From Macrostomum hystrix (taxonomy: Eukaryota; Animalia; Platyhelminthes), in contig CATNEN010000039.1 in the NCBI GenBank assembly GCA_950097015.1, positions 8,494,001 to 8,558,000 on the forward strand: a DNA stretch of 64,000 bases. Direction: 5' to 3'. The position numbers were made by a program, and so were the translations under genes. Position 1 is the first letter of the stretch; the number at the start of each line of letters is the position of its first letter. The notes beneath the pieces were generated by a model that was given only the letters and a program-made list of their open reading frames with translations, was not told where the DNA came from and searched no databases. This document shows positions 11,554 through 22,975 of the stretch, piece after piece.

Positions 11554-13467
11554 ACTAATTACCCTAATCTTATCCCTCCCGTGTCTCATCTCGGGCCGAG
11601 TCTCATCTCTGTGGCCGTGTCTCATCATCTCTCCCGTGTCTCATATTCGGCAGCATTGATATCGAAATTTGAGTAAGATTGAGTGATATACTTTAACTAC
11701 AAGCCCTTAGATAAATATCATGCTGATAAACATCAAACCCGCGTAAGCTTCTCTCTGCGGCTTACCCTAAATAATTCTTGCCTAGCTCGCGCTGCGGATT
11801 CGAGCTCAGTGACCTTGGTGCGCGAGTCCTCCGATGATTATACTGTTACCACTGTTCCGCTAGTCTCCCATGCCTTCCAGTACGGCTATATATTCCTAAC
11901 TTAAGCATACAATTACATCTAAGCTTCAATGATAGACCTGCACAGATGACAAGCTGAGACCACTACACCGATCCACCCACGGACTTGTTATGCTACATTA
12001 TATTCTCCATATTCATCCAGAAGATTAAAGACGAAATATATGTATTTGAGACCAGGCTCAGGCTCAAGCTGCAAGCACATTCCCAAGGCACGGACTACAG
12101 TACTAAATTGTCGCTTATATCGTTTAATTGTCTACTTAAGAAGTCAATGGCCCCAGGTGAAATTCAAACCATTAAAATACATGCTAATGCTGATACCTGC
12201 TGATTCTCTTGAGCCAGCTGTAAGTGGCACAGAAGAATAGCGGCGAAGCGAGTAAAATTAGAATATTTATGTATGTGTATCTAAGATCCTATTAATATTG
12301 TATTGTTATGTTAAGAACTGTGAATTATAGCATTTCGATACCTTAACTGTGACATTAATTGACCCCTCAGAGAAGAATTTCGGCACTGTGATTCGGTGGC
12401 CCCTTATTATTTTGAATTAGGGCTTCTTCGATTAACAAACACGAAGCTTTACCACAGTTTTTACCATAACTTTTTTTCCTATCCTAAAGCAACAGACTTA
12501 TGCTTTTTGGTTCGAATTATTGTTTTGAATAAAGCGTTTAAGTCTATACTTTTGTTTGACTAGTACTGAAGCGCACGGAGTGTCGCGTCCGTCCCATCCC
12601 ATTCCCATCTCAGCGGTAACGCTCAGAAACAGAGTTATCAACGCGTGTTTACTGTTTACGCATACTGTTAATTAAAGGTCAGACACCGCCCTTCAAATAT
12701 ATCCGTGTTGACGACGATGTTTGAACGGTGACTCAAGAGTCACGATATGAAAATAAAGTTTTGAACTCATTTAATTGAGCCTTTGGAAAAAAGTATATTT
12801 GCGAATCTCATTTTGTAAATAGCTAGCCTGCTAAACTGTTTTCACCATGGCATGTAGATGTGTGCAATGGCTAGGTGGCTAGGCCTAGGCCTAGCCTATA
12901 TACTAATTAACTTTGACATGACAGGCTATAATTAGGGCTTTCTATGACAGCAAAGCAAGGTCCAGCATATCTAGCTACTAGCATAAGCCATAAGGTCTAA
13001 GCACAGCCATTGTAGTCGATACTTAAGCCTATATCAGTTATAGCTAGCCAAGCCATAGGCCTATAGGTTATAGGATCTAATATATTATTATAAAGTGTGC
13101 ACTCAAAAGAGGTGCTGATTATTCCATTTCATTTTAAATTGCAACTGCAAGTGGGCACATAACAACTGAATAAAAAGGCATAAAAATGAAATCAAAAAGC
13201 AAAATAAAAAAACATGCAGAACAAAAAGTTTTTCATGAACAATATGTTAGATTTTAAATTAATTTTTACACTTAAAATCACATTAGGCCTATTGTATCGT
13301 CAGTTATATTGTGGTATTATATTTTTTAAATATATTATACACATTATAGGCCTAATGCCATTGTTTATTTCAAATATTTGTTAATTTTTAATATTTTATT
13401 ATTCACCTAAAATTAATCTTATGCATGCTACTGTTTTTCTATTGCCTTCTTTTTTAAATTCAAATAG

Positions 13468-14351
13468 ACGTTAGGCCCTAGCGACATTTTACCGCGCGGC
13501 AAAAACTGCTAACTTTACCACATAGTAATGGCAACACATTACCCTGCAGTGAAGTTAGCGGTTTTTACCACACTGTTTATAGGCCCTAACATGTTAAAAA
13601 AACTGCGGTAGACTATGCGGAATTTACTGCACTGTTTAAATAACCTCATTTCAGGCTATAGGCCTATATATATAATAGTCTGAACAAGCCTAGATTTTGG
13701 TCGAGTCAAGTACTTAGTTGAGTATTTCGTGGTCAAGTTGAGTAATTCAAGTCAAATTGTCATGTAGTAGTAAATGTATAGAGGATAGAGCCTAATTACA
13801 AATATATAGGACTATGTCTTCTATATTTTTATAAAACTACACATAATATAACAGGGCTTATAAGTTATAACTCAATCTTCCTCTCTCTTGGTAGCATATC
13901 ACTCGGCACAAGCCATTTTTATTGCATTCAATGTTGCTCCGTCATTAGCAATTCAGTCTGTCTTGACTAATTGCATAGATTTTTGTACCGTAATATGGCT
14001 TGCATCAGCATCCAGTTACTATTTACTTACTGTTTTGGCTCTGGTCGTTTTTTTGCTGTGGATGTTTTTGTCGTTAACGACGTGCACAATACAACAAGAC
14101 TAATTACACCTACTTTATATTCAAAGCTAAAATATATCTATCACTGTTAAACTGGACACTCCTATGCATAGTCCAAGCCTGAAATGAGGTTATTTAAACA
14201 GTGCAGTAAATTCCGCATAGTCTACCGCGGTTTTTTAACATGTTATAAACGGTGTATTAAAAACCGCTAACTTCACCGCAAGGTAATGTGTTGCCATTAC
14301 TATGCAGTAAAGTTAGCAGTTTTTAACCGCGCAGTAAAATGTCGCTAACAT
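13468..14351. mobile_element. Non-autonomous foldback/MITE with ~180-bp TIRs and 8-9-bp TSD (Mutator- or hAT-like)
   Basis: 13468-13657 is the reverse complement of 14177-14351. Flanked by TTCAAATAG (13459-13467) and ATCAAATAG (14352-14360). Confidence 0.85.
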
Positions 14352-14602
14352 ATCAAATAGTTCAGTCTCAAACATCAAATAAACAAAAAATCAGCACCCA
14401 ATCTGCGTGTACACCTTAATAATAATAATAATCTTCTACTAAGTAGAGGTCTTTTATATAAGTTTAATGTGTTAGTTATACGTTCATTTTTGTATTGCAA
14501 GTAGGCAATTATTGGTAGCTTGCCATCTTAAAGAGTAAACCCATTTGCTAAAGTGTCATTGTTTGTGTTACTAAAACACAACAAAATGCAATAAATTTAA
14601 TA

Positions 14603-14686
14603 TTCAAGTCACTTTAATTAAACTTTCTAAATTTAAAATTCAAGTCACTTTAATTAAACTTTCTAAATTTAAAATTAAATCACTTT
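14603..14686. repeat. 36-bp direct tandem duplication
   Basis: ttcaagtcactttaattaaactttctaaatttaaaa occurs twice, plus a partial third copy. Confidence 0.8.
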
Positions 14687-15277
14687 ACAAGACTACCAAT
14701 CATAGACCAAAGCAAATGATAAATTCAAAATCAACAATTGTATCTTTAATTTGGTTTCAAATCACTTGTTTCTACTACATAAGTCATTATCATACTAATC
14801 TACAAGCATATATATTTGAGAATTTAAACACAATTATGAAATGTGTCTGAGGTAAAAAAATTTATTTATCTAAGCAAAAAAATAGTAGGGGTGTAAACTA
14901 TACAGTAAAAAATTTTATACAGTCAGGGGGGCAGAAATGTTAGGTAGAGATCAAGGTTTTAGTTGCCATGGGGAGTGCTCGCACTGTTGTATTGTAGTTG
15001 AATATGGAGATGAGACTTGGTCTATGCTTTTTTATTTTCATTGATTCCAGAATTCGTTCACCAAAAGTATAGCATAGGCCAGGCAACATCATGTGTGCAG
15101 CATAGGATATAACAAAGCTCATAGTAATTAAGTAATTTAAGTAGCATAGCTGTAACCGTGCAATCAAAATCTAGTTATTCTTGCCTTCTACCTTGGTGCT
15201 GGACACTTGGATTGGCAATACACCTTATAGTGTCACCTAAACTTTGTTTATCCCACTGCAGCCAGCAAGGGCAGACA

Positions 15278-18200
15278 ATGGCTACAGATAGTATTCTCGG
15301 CATGGCCACAAGCAATGCCGCTGGTAACAACCGCAATAATCGGGGTGCCTCCGACTTTGCTGGCCATCACCCGCTTCCGCTTATCAAATCTGAGGCTGCC
15401 TCCTCCGCTGACGCAACTGAGGAGGACGACGAGCACAACTGCGACGATGCCGAAGATGATTACGATGACGAGCGGGGCGGCATCGGCCTGCCCGGCCACC
15501 GGCTGCATCCCCGCAGCCTCCTGCTGGACTACGACGAACTGCCAGACGATCAGCGCCAGCAGCTACTGCTGCTTCGCTCGGACGATTCCGGTACAATTGG
15601 CGGCGACCACCCTGGCGACGGTGGCGAAGGTGCGCCCGTGGTTCGAACTCGTCGACGCAAAGCGGCCCTGCCGTTGGACGCCAGATTCTGCGCCGTCTGC
15701 GGCGAGCCGGCCACCGGTTACAATTTCGACCGGCTGACCTGCGAGAGCTGCAAGGCCTTCTTCAGGCGCAACGCTTTGAAATCTCGCGAGCGCATCAAGC
15801 CGTGCAGCCGGGGCGGCGGCTGCGACGTCAGCGGCGCTCAGCGGAAGCACTGCCCGACCTGCCGGCTGGAGAAGTGCCTCCGGGTCGGCATGAAGAAGGA
15901 GCTCATCCTGCCGCCTGAAAAGCTGGAGCAGCGGGCCAAGCCTAAGCGACGGACTCGCCAACATGAGCCGGCCTGGGCTGCGGCTGATCCTGCGGCTGCT
16001 TCGCCTCTTGCTAGCAGTCAGTACGACAGCGGTGAGCCGACTTGACCACCCCCCGTGCCTGATTGTGATTTGTGAACTCAAAGTACCCACAAATGATACC
16101 CACATCCCACATTCCTCCTACTAATAGTAATATTGTGAATGCACTCAGAATAGGCTGCTCCTTTAGGCTTCGGTCTCTGCAACGAAACTCTGCAGCTCAA
16201 ATGTGAGCACCACTGCTCAAATCTGAAAATCCACACTTTATCCGCCTGAGTGGGTGGACAATGCCTTTAAAACATTCCCCCAACGTAGGCATACCGATGA
16301 CAAAAATTGACAGCGATAGAAAACCTTCAAAACCCGATTCATTCCGCAGCACGCAGGCGGCCTTCAGCTGTGTTTCTGGATCATCTCCTGTCCAGTCACC
16401 AGCTGCCGCATCATAGGCTGTCTCGGGAGCAGCAGCAGCCACCGTCGCAGCCGCAAGTGACGGCCAGCGCCCTGGCCTTGGCCTGGTCCAGCGCCACCCT
16501 GGCTGGCCGCAGCTGGAGCTCTGAGCTCACCGACGATGAGCGCGAATGCCTCGCCGGACTCCGCGAGGCTCACGATCGTCTAAGCGACGCCCTGCAGATG
16601 CCTGAGGCCTATGCCACGCCCCAGGCCGAGCCAGTTGATGGCGTCGGCCGCTTGGAGCAGGCCTTCAACCAGATGGAAGCCTGCATTCGCCGCATTATCT
16701 CCGTGGTCAAGCTCATACCGATATTTAGCGAGGCCGACAAGGACTCACAGATACTCATGCTCAAGGTGAGTTTCGTCCTCCTAGTTGCAATTCCCCCCCT
16801 CAGCTGACCTGACTGCAACTCTCCCCCTCAGCTGACCTGACTGCAACTCTCCCCCTCAGCTGACCTGACTGCAACTCTCCCCATCAGCTGGCCTGACTGC
16901 AACTCTTCCCCTCAGCTGACCTGACTGCAACTCTCCCCCTCAGCTGACCTGACTGCAACTCTCCCCCTCAGCTGGCCTGACTGCAACTCTCCCCATCAGC
17001 TGGCCTGACTGCAACTCTCCCCCTCAGCTGACCTGACTGCAACTCTCCCCCTCAGCTGGCCTGACTGCAACTCTCCCCCTCAGCTGACCTGACTGCAACT
17101 CTCCCCCTCAGCTGACCTGACTGCAACTCTCCCCCTCAGCTGACCTGACTGCAACTCTCCCCCTCAGCTGACCTGACTGCAACTCTCCCCCTCAGCTGAC
17201 CTGACTGCAACTCTCCCCCTCAGCTGACCTGACTGCAACTCTCCCCCTCAGCTGACCTGACTGCAACTCTCCCCCTCAGCTGTCCTGACTGCAACTCTCC
17301 CCCTCAGCTGTCCTGACTGCAACTCTCCCCCTCAGCTGACCTGACTGCAACTCTCCCCCTCAGCTGACCTGACTGCAACTCTCCCCCTCAGCTGACCTGA
17401 CTGCAACTCTCCCCCTCAGCTGACCTGACTGCAACTCTCCCCCTCAGCTGACCTGACTGCAACTCTCCCCCCTCAGCGGACCAGCCTGCAACTCCCCCCT
17501 CAGCTGACTGCAACTCTCCCCCTCAGCTGACTGCAACTCTCCCACTCAGCTGACTGCAACTCTCCCACTCAGCTGACTGCAACTCTCCCGCTCTGCTGAA
17601 CTGACTGCAACTCTCCCCCTCAGCTGACTGCAACTCTCCCCTTCAGCTGACTGCAACTCTCCCCTTCAGCTGACTGCAACTCTCCCACTCAGCTGACTGC
17701 AACTCTCCCACTCAGCTGACTGCAACTCTCCCACTCAGCTGACTGCAAATCTCCCCTCAGCTGACTGAAACTCTCCCCTGACCCGCAGGTGAATATCTAC
17801 GGCCTGGTGATTCTGTACTCTTCTTTCTTCTTCAATCCTGCCACGGGAGCCTGGGAGATTCCGCTTGCCGATGCCGAAGAAACGCCGGCGACATCAGCGG
17901 CTGCCTGCAGTTCACATCGGCATCGACGCGGCGTGGCAGACAAGCTTCAGGGACGCAGCGGCGGCGGCGGCGTCTCCCTGATGCAGGAGCTGGCAGCGGC
18001 GGTGGCAGCCATCGTGTCAATGCGACCGGACACCAGCGATCTGACCCTAGCTGACCTGGACCAGTACTGCGCCAACTCGCACAATGTCTACGCTAGGCTG
18101 GAGCTGTACAGCAGGCAGGACTGCTTGGTCAAGATGCTCATGCTGGCTCTGAAGCTATTCAACACAGACTCCATGCCGCCATCGCTAGCAAGGGACTCGC

Positions 18201-18409
18201 TGGAGAGGGCGCAGTCCATCTACTCTCTGCTATTAAAGAAGTACTTGGCTCACCGCTTCAGCGTGCCCGATGCAATGCAGCTGTACCCAGGCCTGCTGCT
18301 CACCTTTATCGATATGCGCACAGTTGAGAACAAGATGGTCGAGTTCACGAGGCTGCTGTCTGTTGAGTCGCTCAACCCGCTGGTGGCCGAGTTTGCTCAC
18401 GTGGCCTGA
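15278..18409 (+). CDS. HR96: Nuclear hormone receptor, NR1J (HR96/DAF-12/NHR-8-like); exons 15278-16031, 16350-16765, 17789-18409; 596 aa
   Basis: C4 zinc fingers CAVCGEPATGYNFDRLTCESCKAFFRRNA (CESCKA P-box typical of NR1J) ..CRLEKCLRVGM; LBD signature VKLIPIFSEADKDSQILMLK; AF2-like LNPLVAEF. GT-AG introns join in frame (1791 nt). Acceptor at 15261 implies an upstream non-coding exon or trans-splicing. Confidence 0.92.
16794..17780. repeat. Intronic minisatellite: 28-bp unit CAGCTGACCTGACTGCAACTCTCCCCCT (~24 copies) grading into a 23-bp variant (~12 copies)
   Basis: Tandem units fill intron 16766-17788. Confidence 0.97.
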
Positions 18410-19103
18410 CGGCCTTTCCCCCGTCTCTGATTATCATTTTCCTGGATCCATATTAGCTATGAATATTATGAACTTTCCTCTTGCTGAGCCGTTGTAATTA
18501 GTACGTAACGTGTTTTTATACTGGAATGCTAAGCAGCATTATTGTCTGTAGTATTTGCTAAATTTATCGACAATTATACTTTTTAAACATTTTCTTGATT
18601 CAATCAATCAGTTGGCTTTTTTTCATTAATTTGGTTGACAATAGAGTACGGTAATTTATATCGATCAATGCCAAACATCCTCAATACTGTCTTGCATTGT
18701 ATTTAATTATGATAAAATGCGTCGATTTTCATATTCACTTTCAACTATTCCTGCTAATCGCATGTTGACTTCGCATGCCCCGTGCATTGAAATGCCTGTT
18801 TTAAATATTCAATACATTTTTACACCTTTATCCACTGGCTCAGTTGTCTTTTCTCAGCTCTTTGCCGCCGTTTTTTGCTTTTTAAAACGATCTGCGAGCA
18901 GCATTTTTGACGTCAAACCAATAATAACAAAATTTTCCGACTGTTTCTTGCGTATCTGACTAGTGCGATCAGGTAATCCTGTAATTGGAGCATATCAGAT
19001 CTATACATCTTTCTGATCCGAATTCCATTACAACTTTGACAACTTTTTTTTCTCTTTTCTTGCATGTCTCCTTGTTTTCTCTTGACTCACAGCTTACTTA
19101 GTT

Positions 19104-19522
19104 GTCACTGCTTCACAATTTCCTCAGTTCTCACTGCTTCACAATTTCCTCAGTTCTCACAGCTTCACAATTTCCTCAGTTCTCACTGCTTCACAATTTC
19201 CTCAGTTCTCACTGCTTCACAATATCCTCACTTCTCACAGCTTCACAATTTCCTCACTTCTCACAGCTTCACAATTTCCTCACTTCTCACAGCTTCACAA
19301 TATCCTCAGTTCTCACAGCTTCACAATGTCCTCAGTTCTCACAGCTTCACAATTTCCTCACTTCTCACAGCTTCACAATTTCCTCAGTCCTCACTTCTCA
19401 CAGCTTCACAATTTCCTCAGTTCTCACAGCTTCACAATTTCCTCAGTTCTCACTGCTTCACAATTTCCTCAGTTCTCACAGCTTCACAATATCCTCAGTT
19501 CTCACAGCTTCACAATGTCCTT
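19104..19522. repeat. 26-bp minisatellite (TCACAGCTTCACAATTTCCTCAGTTC)n
   Basis: About 16 tandem units downstream of the NR stop codon. Confidence 0.96.
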
Positions 19523-20277
19523 ATTTCCTAATTCTAATTCCCAATGTATCCTCACAAACATTCCACCTCTCTGTCTATTGTTAATGGCCGTTTATTGTTA
19601 TTGTTTTACTGTTTACATTATCTTTCTGCCACTATTTTCTGCTGTTATTTAATTAGCCAGTCATTCAGTTTGGTACTGTTACTGTCCAAGTGCGAACACA
19701 ATATCGATCGTCCGGTTCGTTGATTTGCTGCTTTATTTATTTATTCAACAATCGGCTAAACAATAATCAACAACTGAACCCCGAACTAAAAATTGTACAC
19801 TTATTGGGTGACGAAGAATTTGAGTAAGTTACTGTGAGTATAGTTGCTCCCATCGTTTACCTTGTTAGTTAGTTAGTTTGTTTGTTTTTTCTTTGTTTGT
19901 TTGTACCCTCAACGGAGGCTGGTGCTCGAAATCAGGCGAAATATTTTTCCATTTTTATTCTAAATTCAATTACATCTGTATAATATTATTTTCATCGACA
20001 TTAGCTGATCAACTGAATGTACTTTTGCTCTCTCGTCCACCTCCTTCTCCAGTGTTGTGCCACAAATCCGAGTTAATTTTTTTTGGATTTGAGTTTTGTT
20101 CTGTTAATTAGCATCTTTTTGTACAATATCTAAATAAAACTCGAGCAAGCTAGAACCTGCTGGGAGTTAGATTTGGCTGTTTTGTGAGTTGTATTAGCAG
20201 ATAAATCTATGAGCAGTGCTTTTGAGAACACTTGCCTCTTATTCTCTTTCACTGACCAACTAGAAGACTAGAAGAAG

Positions 20278-20342
20278 GCTGTGTACAGCTGTTCAGTCCA
20301 TTGACTGGGGTGGTGGTCGCACACCAATATTTCTACCCAGCC
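20278..20342 (-). mobile_element. Fragment of SINE family A body
   Basis: Reverse complement matches the ccagtccatggactgaacagc segment of copies at 35.9 and 54.1 kb. Confidence 0.55.
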
Positions 20343-20947
20343 AAATGCTGTTGTCCATTTCACAGTTGTTGAATTTACTAGGCAATTACGTGTCCTCCAC
20401 GACAAAAAACTGTTGGTTAGATCTCTTGGCTAGATTGGTTAGATCAGGCCGAAGCTGATCTAACCAATGCTGTACATGCTCCCTTAAAAAACCGAAGTCA
20501 GATTACTGTTTTCAAAATAAAGGTTTATTTTAATATTTATTGAGTATAACACATTAAACTATATATGCTCATCGATGACGCCTGTACTCATACTCGGCGG
20601 TCGCATTTTATTTAGACGCCAATCGTGGAAATTTTCGATACCGTGCGTTGGTTTTCTGCGTCCCTAAATTTGGGTCGGTTCACAAACCCTAATTTTCACA
20701 CAAGCTTTAAATTTCAAACCTCTACTAAACGTTTCGAAATTTGAATTTTGGTGTTGTGAAATTTCGGGTTTGTGAAAGCGACCCCTGAAATTTCGCGAAC
20801 GTATTATTTTTTACTACAAGTATAAGTAGTCTAAGACAAGCTGGAAATCTTAATTCTGTTCAAATTAGTAATCGTATCGGCGAAACTTTCGTCCCAATTT
20901 CGGAGCTGTTAAACGTGCACAAGCTTCTTCCACAAGCTCCAGGGGCT

Positions 20948-21760
20948 TCAACCACTGCCGCCACCGCTGCCCTGAGCTAACAAGAGCTGGCGCATACCGA
21001 CTGCCTGGTGGCAGGTGAACAGGGCCCAGCCCAGCAACAGGAAGTGATGCCAGAGATACAGCGGAGCTCCTGGATCGGCTGACTCCGCATCGTCTCCTGT
21101 CAGCGTGGATGCCGCTTGGCAGGCAAAGAAATCCGGCGGGCAGTGCAGCCGGCGGATGCACAGGTCCAGGCGCCACCAGTTGCTGGTGAAGCTGCCATTG
21201 TCGTAGGTGGACAGCTGCCTGGCGGGGATGCTGACATTGGGTGGCAGCTGGCGCTGTAAGTTGTGCCGGCCCTTGTAATGCAGCAGCAGCGCTACAACCA
21301 GGCAGAAGCCGACAAGGGTTGATACCACAGCAGCCAGTAAAAGCAGTCGCAAACGCAGCGAGTCTGTTCGCTGAGAGCTTCCTCGCTCTGGCTTTTTCCT
21401 TGGCTGCTGTTGCTCTGCCAATTTTTTTATGTCGGACTGTTGTTGCTTTGAAAACTCGATCTTTGGAATTTCCTGTTTTGATTCCTCTTTTAGTAACGGC
21501 TCTTGGTGACTCTTTGATACCTTTTGCTGTTGCTGACGGTTCTTAGGTCGTGACATTTTTTGTTTTTGCTTGCTGGACCTTGCTGCTGAAACGATTGCTC
21601 CAGAGACTGTCTGAGCTGCTGGCATGACGATTTCTGCGGTTGTTGGTCTTTTCAAAACTTTCTGCTTGCTAGCCTCCGTGTGCCAGCCTCTATACTTCCT
21701 TGAATTTATTGTGCGCGCACCGGCTCTTGTGCCACGCTGGAAGTTTTCGATCGCATGCAT
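20948..21760 (-). CDS. Hypothetical membrane protein (K/Q-rich N-terminus, 1-2 TM helices, Cys-containing loop); start uncertain
   Basis: 276-codon ORF with hydrophobic stretches LLLLAAVVSTLVGFCLVVALLLHY and LWHHFLLLGWALF; GC-rich coding-like composition. No family recognised. Confidence 0.5.
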   Translation of the reverse strand: MHAIENFQRGTRAGARTINSRKYRGWHTEASKQKVLKRPTTAEIVMPAAQTVSGAIVSAARSSKQKQKMSRPKNRQQQQKVSKSHQEPLLKEESKQEIPKIEFSKQQQSDIKKLAEQQQPRKKPERGSSQRTDSLRLRLLLLAAVVSTLVGFCLVVALLLHYKGRHNLQRQLPPNVSIPARQLSTYDNGSFTSNWWRLDLCIRRLHCPPDFFACQAASTLTGDDAESADPGAPLYLWHHFLLLGWALFTCHQAVGMRQLLLAQGSGGGSG

Positions 21761-22975
21761 TAGGAAGGGAGGGAACACGCGGGCTGTTAAAACTGGGCTG
21801 CCAGCAACAATGGCCAGTGCTGAAGCTTAGACAGGGATCTCATGCGTGAATGGACTGGGTAGCAATGGGACGGGGTCGAAAATCAGCCCCTTCCCTAACG
21901 CCCTGACTGCTGAGCGCTCGGTAGAAATCTCGTAGATATCGATTCCGCAGCTGATTTGGCGTACTGTGAGCCGGCCATTGTAAACAGCTGTCTCTTTGGA
22001 AGGTTGCGCCCGCGCATTGTACAAAGCTGTGCTCCCTCCCGTCTTAGTTTTTTATGTAGTCGTTTCAAACCGCTTCCAACCGGTTCGCAAGCTATGATTA
22101 GGATGGCCATCTAGATTGCATATAATCTCATGCTTCGTCGCTTACTTTCCGTTTAGAGAACGTTTAGCTCAACTTAAACGACTGATGGATTCCAAGGTTT
22201 TTTACGGCTCCAGGTTCTTGTAGCTTCCACAATTCACAGTTTTGTGAATTTTTCGACTTCTTTCAAAATAACTCTTTAGCATTTGCTGTTCTTCGTTAAT
22301 GAGCATCTCTGTAGGCTGCGCATTAATAAAGGAAGTCGCTTTTTCATTGTTTTTTACGTCTTTTCAAATGTACGAGTACATTTATAAAAAATTCTTACCA
22401 TAAAGAGGCTTGGATGCTAGGACTGTTGTTGAAGGGAACAGAGACACCTGTTACTGCCAACAATGCAGTAGAGCATATGTCGCCCAGCATCCACAAAAGC
22501 GTATCTATTGAAGCATATTTTGTGCAATGATCGTTGCTCGATTCTAGACATTTTTCAGAGTTCAGTATAGGTGCGTAAAATTTTATAAAACTGGGTAGGC
22601 GCCTCGTAAATTAATAGGCTTGAAGAGTGACTACTGCTTTTTCGCTTGTAGAGCAGTCAAGTCATGCCCTTTCCTATACAGACATGAAAAGTGTATTGTA
22701 AAGCCAAGCGTATTGTTTCAATTCGCTAGTTTTTTTCCTTATCATTTTGCGCCACGAAAGAGAAGGTTAGATCTTTAAAGAAACAAATGTAGTCCATTTA
22801 AATTTTAGGCTCGACTCAAGCAAAGACTTGAAAAAAACTACAAAGATCTGTGCAAAGAAAGTTTAGCAGCTAAATATCTGCGGGTTCTCTAGGTGCTGAA
22901 AAAATTTCTGGTGAGGTTCTTTGTTATGTACGAGTTTAAGAGAAGCTTGGTCGACTCAAAGTTCAACCCCACAAA

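Noticed and set aside
19064-19652. Long ORFs across minisatellites (also 23231-23971, 43637-44220, 58954-59420)
   Set aside because: They are open only because the repeat units lack stops, often in several frames.
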